Assembly: GCA_002633005.1 (NCBI GenBank)
Contig: NMRA01000117.1
Coordinates: forward strand, 353,731 to 417,730
Length of the DNA stretch: 64,000 bases
Reading direction: 5' to 3'
Source: Phoronis australis
Taxonomy: Eukaryota; Animalia; Phoronida
The notes under the pieces were generated by a model. It was not told the origin of the DNA, searched no databases, and was given only the letters and a program-made list of their open reading frames with translations. A program made the translations under genes and the position numbers. Below, piece after piece: positions 52,377 through 64,000 of this stretch. Position 1 is the stretch's first letter; every line of letters begins with the position of its first letter.

Positions 52377-54264
52377 TTTGATGCCTGTTAGGCCGTTACA
52401 AACTTTAAGCAGTTTGAAATTTTGACCTCTTAACGAGTTGATATAACAATTTTTAGTAGTTTCAAATCCCACACTTGGCAAAACAGAGTTCTTAAATGCT
52501 GTTCCCTTAATCAGCTCAGTGTATAATCTAGCATTAATAAAGTGAGCACTGGAGTTAATCGTGTTGATTTTTAAGAGCTAAGAATTTCAACAAATGTCAG
52601 TTACTTTAAAGTTAACAAGTTGCCATTGCTGATCAAAACAAAGAAAAGTCTAACATCAACAGTACATTTATATGTAACACGCCACATCATGAGAATGTTA
52701 TGTTTTCATCTGTATAAATGGTAATATTGTATTTGTAAAAGTAAAACTTAGAGTACCAGACACTCAGTAGGCCTACCAGCAGAACCAGACACCCCTCCAA
52801 CAAAATGAGCAATAGCCTGTAACCCCTAAGTGGACTAGTCCAAGTTTTTCAGGTCTTCCTCAGCTGCACTGCTAGCTTGTCAGTGAAATGGATTAACCCC
52901 AACACAATGGTCACAATGTCTTGTTTTGTACCATGTTCTGTACAAAATGGCTTACTCTAAAGCTGGGTGAGTATATTTCTTGTGAAAATATTTTTATCAA
53001 TAACTAGATAAATGCAAGCCTGAAGTGGTTGTTTGCTGTACACCTGTACCTAGAATGACCACAGGACTATTAGTATAGATGAAAAGTATCCATGGTCATG
53101 ATCCAAGATTTTTACAGTAATTTTACCTCTAGCATATAATATTTCTGTTTAGTAAATAAGGCACTTTGACAAAACCAACAACAGAAATTATGGCAAAAAA
53201 GTAAAATAAATTGGATCTGAGGAAAGTTTTAAAAATAAGTGTCATCTTCCAAGCTGTAGTCCAATAGGAAAAGCTCTGCACTAAATCAACCCACTTGGGG
53301 ATACAAATGAGGTTATCTCAAACCTTACATAGTGGCCTCCATTCTAACTTGTATATCAAAAACAGGCTTTTTCATCTAGAAAAAGTATATATTTCCTGAA
53401 AGAAAAAAGATTAGGGATTACAAAAATATGTTTTATATTCATGTGCCATTATTATTATTACATGAACACCGTTTTTAAGTCAAAATTTAATTTTTAAGAA
53501 AGGTGCGTTCATACCAAAATCCTCCCTCGGTCGATTTTAAGAGAAAACTTCACCGGTCTACTCAAAAACACAGTTAGGAATTTTCGATTAGTCTTCTAGT
53601 TCTGTTTCTATGACCAATCAACTTTTTGAGATTGATGAATAAATATTAAGCTTGGTAAGTTTCAGTGTAATCCACCAAGCCGTTCGTTTTCAAGAATTCA
53701 TGTTCTTGAATTCAAATTAAGTCCATTTGCCAAAGCTGAGAAAAAGTTGATTAAGTTGAGACATGAAAATCTCAAGGTCTTTGGTTCATTATTCATTGAA
53801 AACTTGTTTTTAGTCAATATACGTAACCTATGCATGCCTTAAGGATGTATTTGCAAACTCTTAAACTATGCTGCTATATAGCAGGAACTAAATGACAATG
53901 CTATTTTAACATAATTAATGCTAAACCACTGACAACTTGTAAAGGCAAAAATAAAAAATTCTGCAAATAGGTGACATTTGCGCTAATGACGTATTGTGAA
54001 GCGTTATTCCCCAGCACCACATCAGGATGCCCAGTTGACATGGTTCAGTGATTTGCAGCGGATCATTTTCACCACAAAACTTGTTCCTCAGCAATTTTCA
54101 GCCTACTTCATAGCATAGGCTGCAGTGAAAAAACAAATACAAATACTATCATTCAAACTAAAGATAGGTACTTAGGGAACACTATAAAAGGCCCACACTC
54201 AGATATCAGCTGCATTATTCAATATGTAGTGTAAAATCCTGCATTTTCGAGCCAACCTTGAAAA

Positions 54265-54539
54265 ATTAAAAACCAGATGAATGCCGCACAAATAAAAGTT
54301 CACGTTTAATCAACGTTTCGTCTATTCATTAGAGATCATCAGGATCATACTTACAAAGGATAGCAAGTGCCAACATACAGCTCAGGTAACATCCATAAAG
54401 TGAAGTGAGATGTTATCTGAGCTGTATGTTGGCACTTGCTATCCTTTGTAAATATGATCCTGATGATGTCTAATGAATAGACGAAATGTTGATTGAACAT
54501 GAACTTTTTTATTTGTTCGGCGATCGTCTGGTTTTTAAT
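54265..54539. mobile_element. Palindromic Penelope-like fragment carrying a hammerhead ribozyme core in each arm
   Basis: Inverted arms of about 130 bp. Each arm has CTGATGA-T-(G/C)TCTA-ATGAA-TAGAC-GAAA(C/T)GTT. Direct repeat AACCTTGAAAAA at 54254-54265 and 54564-54575. Confidence 0.7.
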
Positions 54540-57309
54540 CTTACTGTGGCCAAAAACTGATTTAACCTTGAAAAAATACTACGGCAATATAGTTAGCTTT
54601 GTCATGGGCTCTTAAAACAAATATGATAAAAGTACGACACTATTTAAACATAACGTTATTCGTTGTTTTAAAAATTGACAAACTTGCTTGGAGTTTGTAC
54701 TGACAATTGGAAGCTGTTCTCTAGCTTTGAAGAAGCCTGAAGTTATGACACCAAACCCTTGAAAAATTGGCTAACTTTGAACAAAGTTTTCTCCCAAGGT
54801 GGCCTGGCTCCTTCTGCTGGGGAATCATTGACGATAGTTAGGAATTGTTTTTAAATTTTTTTTCATCTTTGCATTGCCTTCTACTTAGATTCGTACTTAT
54901 ATCAAAAATTCTACAAAACTAACACCAAGAAGGTAATTTAGAATAACGTGACGGGTCTTTTAAGATTTCATGTTGGATATTGGCATCAAAAGAAATTAGG
55001 GCATGTTACTGATATGTTTTTGGAATTATGTCCCAAATTTTCAGTAATGCCATCTGCAAAAATAAAAGATTTTCAAAAAATCAATTCCTGGCATCCTTTT
55101 GGACAAGTGCATAAACTACGGTATAGTATTTGAAAGTGATAGGGTCTGCCATTTTCACCAGCATATAAATTCATACGTTTTTGGGAAGAGGAGGGACTTG
55201 AAGCTAATGTATGTCAAATAACTAAAGTTAATGTTAAATAAATACAAAAGATAAAAAGGCGCTACCGATTGATGTATTTTTTCATAAATCCCAAGTAAAT
55301 ACGCCAGGGCTAGTACCCTGTTTCAAAACAAACCACATTTACAAGTTGCAAATACTGAAGGATGAATGGCCTTCAACAGAAGTCATGATCTGTCCACATT
55401 ATTTTCTAACACATCTATACAATAGATTGAAAAATGATCCAGGATTTTAAATTAGATATTGGGTCTTAGGTATGACAGAGATGTCGAAATCCAAACTCAC
55501 CATGGTACCATTCCATAAACCAGGAGTCTAACAAGAGAAACGGGATCATGTAAAATTACACGCGTGAATGCCAAGTGTTGCACGAGTTTATTACGCTCAA
55601 GACCTTACTGGCATAAATAACCAAGCAAAATGACTGCCTTCGCACTCAAATGATTGGTCAGTGAAGTTAGAATGATAGATATGTGAGATTGAACTTAAAA
55701 TTATGGGATAAAATTCGCTTTTTCCGTTTCATAGACACAGATATTCACTGCAAGTACAAGGTAATGTCTACGAAACAGGGTCAAAATTGAACATTAAAAG
55801 TAATGAAAGGGACAAGAATGGAATGTGAAAACTGGACTCGCCTGATTTGTGCTAAATGAAGTGCACTCGTACAAAAAAAAGAAGCAAAGTGTCAGAGAAA
55901 AGAATTTGTGAACCTTCAGCAGATCTAGGATTATGAAAGTTCTCCTGGACATAAATAGAATTATGACGGGATTTGAGATGAAGGTGATGTTTCTTTTCTA
56001 AACAGCATCTGGCAATGAATACCACACAAGTGTAGACTTGACTTAGACACAAATACAAACAAAATGGCTATAGAATGCAGTTCTTCACCTTATGCAATTC
56101 TGCTGCTTAGCTGTCAAGAACTGTGGGACTAAACTGAAAATCATATTTATCTAAGCAATAGAAGCTTACAAGAAGTTCCTTTGGTGACAGGCATTGCTTT
56201 CCTAGTATAATCACATTTTGTTTACCCTCATCTTTTAGCATTAACAACTCACTTTCAGATGTCAGCCAAAAGCAGATGCATTTCAACTTCAACAACATTT
56301 TAGTGAACATGAGTTTATTCTTTCACATTTTATAACAAGTTTATTTCAAATGCTGGCTACAAAGCAAACTTTTCTAAATACTTTAAGTTTCTAATATAGC
56401 GTTTCCCTGGAAAAGTACCAATGAATTTTTTTTTGGCTTTTTTGAAAATTTGTTTCAAAATACAGCTGACCCTCAAGGAAGCTAATGTTTTCTTCAAAAA
56501 ATTATCATTGAAGCACTGATCTAAAGAATGTAACTTTTGTGCACCTGTTAAGCTGTGTAAGGAATGAGCTGGGAATATTTGTAAAAGCCTGCTCCACAAA
56601 GAGTGTTACAATTTCCAGTGACTAACAATAATAGTCTGCCTAAAGTTCCTGACCAGAGAGTACACACAACTTTCACTGCCACTGTTGACCATTGAATACA
56701 TGTTTCACCAAACACAACAGTGAATTGCTGAACCATGAATCAACTTCATAGTCTTCTTTGACAGGAACACAATTGACCCTGACTCAACTTGATGTCTTTA
56801 AAAGGTATTTGGTAGGCAGGACCTCAAACTAACAAGTGGCTGGAATCAGCAGTTTGGAAATGCTGCCACACACACAGAAAGACACACATGAATGACATGT
56901 AAGGAACATCTGGTACTGATAAAATCGGGCAATGTTTCTTGTATCTGTGTGACCATTCCTCCTGGGCCATCAAATGTCTTCATATTCATTAGGTAGTGTA
57001 ATGAATAAATGAATTGAGAGCAGACCACATTTCATCAGCATTGAGGCATTTGAGTACCGCGACAACCTGAATGCATGTATTTATTGTATACCCACATCTA
57101 TGTATACATATAGATATACAGAAGTAGTCGCATTATATCTTGTGTATTAACAATTGCTCTACAAATATTGTTAATTATGCTGCTGGGATCATCAAACCAG
57201 CATTTTATATGAAAAGGCAGAAATCTTGTTAAGTGTATTTTACATTTTTACTGTGTACTTGAAATGAGAAAAAAATGTACATTTTTCCACAAGTGTCACT
57301 TGTCTGGAT

Positions 57310-57430
57310 CTGGCAATAGTCACATATAATGTGTTCACATTTTGAGAACCAGCCATCAGTTCTATGCCAGTTACTGAGTGAAAAAAAATGGTTCTCGAAA
57401 TGCGGGCACATTATATCTGACTATTACCCT
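57310..57430. repeat. Hairpin MITE-like element, related copy at about 59780-59892
   Basis: Arms ATAGTCACATATAATGTGTTCACATTTTGAGAACCA / TGGTTCTCGAAATGCGGGCACATTATATCTGACTAT. The second copy shares TTTTGAGAACCA...TGGTTCTCAAAA. Confidence 0.7.
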
Positions 57431-60400
57431 GGATTCCACGGAAAGCGAAAGAAACTTTGTCTTCAACCACTTGTTCTGATTTTTAACATGAAATGGCAGC
57501 ACAAAAGTGGTGTAGTTTAGCCTACCCTTCACACAAGATTTCGCCACTGGTACCTAGATTACCTAGATGAACACTGAGGGAACTAAATGTATGCCATGTA
57601 TCATATGTTCCGAGTGGGGAAGTGAACTAACCTGTGTAACCATAGCTTCATTGCTATCACGACAAAATTGGATTCTGTATAAAGGTTGAATCAGTCTCAA
57701 CATGGTTGTTTCCCTGCCAACATCTATATAAGTCTATCAGTTACATCATTAGGTAGATTTCCCCTGCCTATCGAAAGCTTTGCAGCCTTCTACTCAATGG
57801 ACGGAAATTACCAATCAAACAGGTTTAATAGTACTTCACATTTTCTCAGAACAGTTGGCAGATTGGAAGACTTCCCCATGGAAACTTTGTTGCGGGGTAC
57901 TCATGATTCATAATCACATGTAAGGTCAGTGCAATAGACTCAGTCATATACCATAAGGCCTAAAGATCTGTTTTGCCTTTTGTATAGTTCCCTCTAATTC
58001 CATTGCACAAGATTTTCACATACTTTGGTGTAACCACTTTGGAACATCAAAAAAGAAAGTGCTCTGAAGTCTGTTGTTTTCATTTTTGCGAGGATAAATG
58101 TCGAGATACAATTGAAACAGTTGTATTATACATGCTAAATACAGATATGAAGAATGTTTGTCTTCATTTTCAGGTTTTAGCAACTTTATTCTTTGACATT
58201 TTTAAAAGAGAAGAGACAGCAATTTAAAGGTCAATAAATAAAAAAATCAGATAAAATTTTTGCTTGCAGTTTTTCTTCTAGGCTTTGATGACTGATTCAC
58301 ACAAAAATTTTAAATCTGTGGAACATTTTTGCCAAGAAATAAGCAAAACCCAGGAACGGGTATGCCAAACTTTGATCGGAAATAAATTCAATTCATGCAC
58401 TTATGGACACAGGATAGTCACTTATTCAGTGCTCATACTGTATATGTTTCAAATGATTGATGGAATCTATTGCTTGAAAACCTAATGTCAGGCAACAAAT
58501 TTCTCATGAAAATCGGTTTTCATGATTGTTTGTAGAAGCAGTTACAAGACATGGTAGAAACTGAGTGTAAATGTACCGTAAAACGTATAAATGGACTCAG
58601 TGAGGAGGTATTTGACAGATTGTCTGTGTGTATTACCATAGTTGCTTGTTCCCTATAGATATTTTCATAGCCTTAGGTACATGCCTCCACACAGTAGGCA
58701 AAGGCATATATTTATGTCTGACTCATCATGAGGGATCATTCCAGCTACTCTAATGGTCAAGTAGGTTTAGACCAGTATTTGTGTTGAAAAAATATTGGAA
58801 ACAAATCACTGATTGGGCATATATTTGTTGCTTGTTGGTATAGACAAGCTTCCATAGCTTTATGGTTAGTGAGGGTATATTCATGTGTCTTGAGGGTGCC
58901 TAAGCTATGACTGAGAAAAGAAAATTAGACACTCGTTGCCTCAGAACACCTTACATCTTATTAACCCAAAACAATGACAGGCTTCAATGTACTGACCACA
59001 TATATACTGAATGTAAGCTTCTTGTTGATCAGACAAGAACTATGCCTGTAGTCTACAAACAAACAAACAGAAAACAAACGGCAAAAACAAACAACAAAGT
59101 AGCATACTAATGTCAAACAAAAGTAAAACTTATAATTTATATTCTGTAGGTACAAAAACAGTTTTTCATTCATCTTACTACCAATCACTTCATAATACGG
59201 TCACAAGTTATGATTTAGCCTGAGTATGATAATAATCATGATTTAGTATGATAATAATCAGTGCAATTTATATCCATCAGATCAACTGTACATTGTGCAG
59301 ATGAGGTATCAGTAAAACTAAGGTGGTGCACACAGATTTCAATGAAAACAACACATGTTAACCACACCTTAGCCACACATGTAAACCTGGCATCTGTCCA
59401 TGTTGGGTGGTACAGTTAGGCACCTCAACCCATTTTAACATGGTGTCCCGTTGATCATTTCCGTTCATTTTAAGACTAATAGTAAAACGAATTCATTTAT
59501 AATGTATAAAAGACGAGAAAATTTCACATACATATAATTTTTTTCACAAGAGGCAAGGGATTTGAATTTTTTACTGTAGCCATAAGCAGAGGTCACTGAA
59601 TGCATTCTTCAACATTCAGACATTTTCTGTAGTAAATTAGAGTATCAATAAAAAACATAAAATCATTTAAATCGAACATCAGCTAGCTCTGGTGAACTTC
59701 TACGACAAATGTAATACCAATAAAATTCTTATGTAGACATTTTTGTCTCTTAAAGCTCTTCAAACCAACCTCGAAACATCGGCAATAGTATGATAAAACG
59801 AGCCCGTATTTTGAGAACCAGTTTGATGCCTGTTATTCAGTAGAGAAAACTGGTTCTCAAAAATTGGGCACGTTAAATCAGACCAGTTCCCAACACGTCA
59901 ATGTTTTTGTAAGATTCAGTCAATGTGAAAAGCTGGTTTGGACTTGGATCAAAATAAAAATCAGAAGTTCAGTCTGTAGTAACAAGGTGACTTGAACACT
60001 GGTGCCTCAATGCTTCAATGCAGTGTGAAACGTTATGAGCCTGTGTTGTGTTATTATTTCCTCAAATTCTATGCAAATATTAACCATTATACTACTTTAA
60101 GCACTTAATTTCATTTACAGTAAAGTCGCTTCAGTTTTACAAAAAAATATTGCTGATTTTTTTCTCCATTTTTCAGAAGCTGACTATATAGTTGAAATGC
60201 CACATATTTATAATAACTGCTCAAAGCAAACCTTGCCACTGAGGAAGTCATTTCCTTCTCTGTTTTTGTAGAGAAATTTTTCTGCCACGTTCAATACTAA
60301 ATTAAAATACATTTATTTACTGCATTATTCAGTAATAGTCACTTATAGAGGTCCAGCATTTTGATAACCAGCTTTCTCCACTGAGTAAGAGATATCTAAC

Positions 60401-63400
60401 TGATTCACAAAATGTGGGCCCCCAGCAACTGCTCATTGTACAAACATACATGCTATTCTTGACATTAAAAATACGCATGCATAACATTTTTGGAGTGATC
60501 TCTTGCAATAAATTCAAAGACCCAAGGATAAACGTCCAATAAGTTCATGGCACGTTAACTAACAAAGCTGGTTTGAAAGGTTTAACCAACTTTGCAGTTG
60601 ATATTGACGCTCCTCTTGCAGTGGACTAGCTAAGATTACCTTTCTGAAAGAATTCCCTGAATGTGCACTTAAACTGAAAACTCTGGTAATGGTAATCGCA
60701 GATAACTAAGAATTGTTCAGTGTTGTATTTCCACAGTATAAGCAGCATTGATTTAAACCTAAGAGTGAGCGAGTAGCGCATGATAAATGAGAGCAGGACT
60801 AAATGCAAATCACTAACATTTGTTCCCTCACAGATGTCTCTAAACCACAAGGGTGAAAATAAATTGACCAGATATTCATCAGCCATACATCGGAAACTGT
60901 TAGAGAAAAATCTCCATTCTATTGGCCTGCTGGAGGCCAATAGAATGACAATTATGTAGATAATACCATCATTTTCCAATTCATTAACAAAGATTCACTG
61001 TTTATTAAAGGGATATATCATTCCGTCCACAATTTCCTGTTTTTTCTCAAACCACTGATGCACACTTATCAATAAGTTATTGTCTTGTTTTTACAGTTAT
61101 CTGTCAAAACAATCAACTTGATGCACAAAAAATGAGTGAAAAATTGTTACAACTCTTTATATTGATATATGTGATCTTCATTCATCAAGTTAAGAACCTA
61201 TTTCCTGGATTAAGAATTCAGGCACTGATTCCCAAACTACTCGCTAAGAGTAAATTTGCAATCACAAACTTGTAACATCTCGCGTAAAACTTGCTTTAGC
61301 ACCTGATAACCCTGTTCTTGAAGCATGCCCAGTTGACCCTATTTTCTTGACCCAGGTCATCCATAGAAAGATGTGGTGCGTACACACTCGCACTTAATTT
61401 TTCAACAAAGTGCAAGAATTAAGCTATGCATGAAACAGGATTAGTAATCTTTAGTTTGCACTAATTAAAGTATCTTAAACTCTTTCAATTGTATGAACAG
61501 TTGTAACATAATCATTACCGTTCATTCCGAAACTTATAACGCTTTTCTACACGCTTGTCATCAGTGCTATTTCCCCAAGTTAGTGCCTCGGTGTGCCATT
61601 ATTTCCAATACGATTTGACAGCAGCACCACCTACTATAATTTTTGGAATTGTTGTGTTCATATAGAGTTCGAACGATCCTGACCTTGCGCTGAAGCACAG
61701 TGATAGTGGGTTATAACTGCGCCACAGTTACAGCTTTTAAAACCAGTATTAAAGTGTTCAGACCGAGAGTTGTAACCTTTAAAGTTTAAGGGCTTTGGTA
61801 TGAACAGGTTATGACAGGAATGTACAGGTTATGAGAGGAATGTACAGAACATCGTTTCAAGCAATGACAAAAAACCTGTTCAAACTTGGCCACTTTCCTG
61901 TGATCAACACCTCAAGAACAGTGCTAGAGGAGAACCCTTTTAAGTAACTGTTGTTTACAGGGAATGTTTCAAAGAATTGCCTTTCATGTCTTTTCAGTAT
62001 AACATACAAAGTACCTATATGTTACTGGTGAAAAACTGTTAACATAAAGCCATAACAAACATAACTGATAACAAATAGATCATTGTTTAACACTATAACA
62101 CAGAAAGCATTGTTTTCAAAATAAGGAAATGTGATACACCACACCACCTATGAAAATCATACTTGAAACAATGAATGGGCAACTCTCACGAGCTTGCTAA
62201 TATTTAGATTTAAGAGATTACGATTTTAGTATTAACAGGAATCTGGCGTACTTGCTTGCCTTTGATTACCCTACCTTTGACTGTGTATGTGTATTAAGTT
62301 ACACTTGCAGTCTGTTCATGAAGGGTGTGTCAACGCTCCATTCTCGAGTGAGCACTTAAAGAGCGTGTCCGAGCGCTCAAAATTATTCTCAATAGCCGGA
62401 TAGTTTTATAAAGGTGATTTCTTTGAGCAATGACAATAATTCTAAGCACTACAGATTGGCAATACACCATGACATGTTCAAGAATGTGGAGGTACTTGTA
62501 TTAAATTTGGTACAGAAATAAATAGCTTAATTAAATGACGTAAGCTCAATTTATATTGATTGCAGTAGTGTTTCTTTTGTTTTCTGTCACTTCGCAAACT
62601 CTAGTTAAACTGATTAGGAAATTTTACTGTGGTAGTCTTGTTTATTCGAGTGGATTCAGTGTTACCTACAGATAAACTGGCTTAAATGTATTGTGGGTTG
62701 TTAATCCCATCTTCTGAAGGGGAGTAAATTTGATACAGTAAAATTAGTCCAGTAGTAAATGACCATTCCCACTGAAGTTAAGCTGCTAATGATTAGCTGG
62801 GGAATAAAGGTTCAATGGGAAAGGAACTGGAGTAACTCCTTGAGACACAGTGGATAATTGGCCCATGTGCCTGTCTGGGTGGGTGTCTGATGCTTGACAA
62901 AAAACTGCTGGAAAGCTTTAGGACATACGGTAACATTTGAATACCTGCTATTCAGGTCTGGAGGGTGTGAAACTTGTTAATTTATGGAACTCAACCATTT
63001 TTAATGTTACTTTACTTAAAAGAAGTCTTTAGTTACCATTTCCCTGGCAAACTGCAACTATGCATGCAACAACAGAAAAGTCAGGTATGGGGTCTTGTAA
63101 AAGGGCTGCATCTTCAGGCTATTATTTTACTTCCATTGAATAAACACAAAGGCCAACACAGTCAAAAGGGAGCCAGTCATTGCTATGTTTTGCTCCTAGA
63201 AGTGAATGCAGACATGAGAAGAAGTACTAGGCCTTTTGTCCTTTACATCACTTTCCTATTGTTGAAAGCATAGTTCCATTGGGACAGGAAACAGTAATCG
63301 GTACTGAAAAATAAACTACTTAAAAAATAGGTGTACCTGACACTATCTATTTGCTTTCCTAATTTCCCAGAAATTGAGAAAATGGACACATTAGTAGAAG

Positions 63401-64000
63401 TATGAATTCAGTTGGAAATTCCGTACAAATTAATGAGTATCTCTAAGAATTTTTGTCTTCTGTTGAGGACACAGAAAATACGCTAGTCAGAAAACGAAAT
63501 TCACAATATGGATGGCTTAAGGAGTGGCTTTAGTTTTGAATGTTAAAGGTGCAATTCATTCGAATTATTTTAAATTGAAATTGCAAAATTAACTCTCACA
63601 AAACGTGTCTTGAAGTTTCCTTGCCTTGATAGCTATTGATTTCTTCCATAACAACAGCAACACAAAGTATTTAAATGGGGCCCCAAATCTGCACAATAAA
63701 AGCATGCTTCTTGAGGCCAATATGGGACGCAAAAACAGTCGAAATCATCCAAAAATCAATGCCAGTCATGTTCTAAGAAAAAAGAATCTCCCAATTGAGC
63801 AGTTTGTAGAAAGAGCCAGACGTCAAACAATAGGCAAAAACTAATAAGAAACAGTCACTTTAAATCATTACAAAATGGCTAGCTATGGACAACTATTTGC
63901 CAAATGTCATGGATGTCCTTCAAATAGATCGCAGACATAATTAAATTCCATTTGGTGTGTAGACCAACTGAAAAATTTTGAATGCTAAAACCAGTCAAAA

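Noticed and set aside
59186-59206. Minus-strand TTGTGACCGT resembling the 5' end of miR-2001
   Set aside because: The match is only about 10 nt and no complementary arm forms a precursor hairpin.
54028-61337. Shared 13-mer ATGCCCAGTTGAC at about 54028 and 61325 as paralogous guide RNAs
   Set aside because: Similarity does not extend, only one copy has an adjacent CTGA, and no target was recognised.
63670-63700. Minus-strand ADLGPH as the missing DCXR LELGPH exon
   Set aside because: Upstream residues do not fit and no donor site follows.

Overview
AT-rich eukaryotic (metazoan, probably marine invertebrate) genomic DNA with intron-rich genes and many repeats; no prokaryotic features. Four protein-coding loci can be assembled by hand: ATF7IP/MCAF1 (+, 10 coding exons, 5218-20344, about 930 aa); ALG1 beta-1,4-mannosyltransferase (-, 13 exons, 36591-22410, 463 aa); an intronless TK2/dNK-family deoxynucleoside kinase (+, 36849-37616) head-to-head with ALG1; and only the last two exons of L-xylulose reductase DCXR (-, 48763-48110). 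The rest holds a truncated Ty1/copia relic with two satellites grown inside its integrase, MITE families with TA, TAA, 5-bp and 6-bp target-site duplications, Helentron-like repeats, tRNA-derived SINE heads and minisatellites. Most notable are palindromic elements carrying minimal hammerhead ribozyme cores, a kinase with E2F promoter sites and a degron-like N-terminus instead of a mitochondrial presequence, two H3K9-like motifs in ATF7IP, and a nested inverted-repeat structure filling the last ALG1 intron. All calls come from manual reading; no database searches or folding were run.
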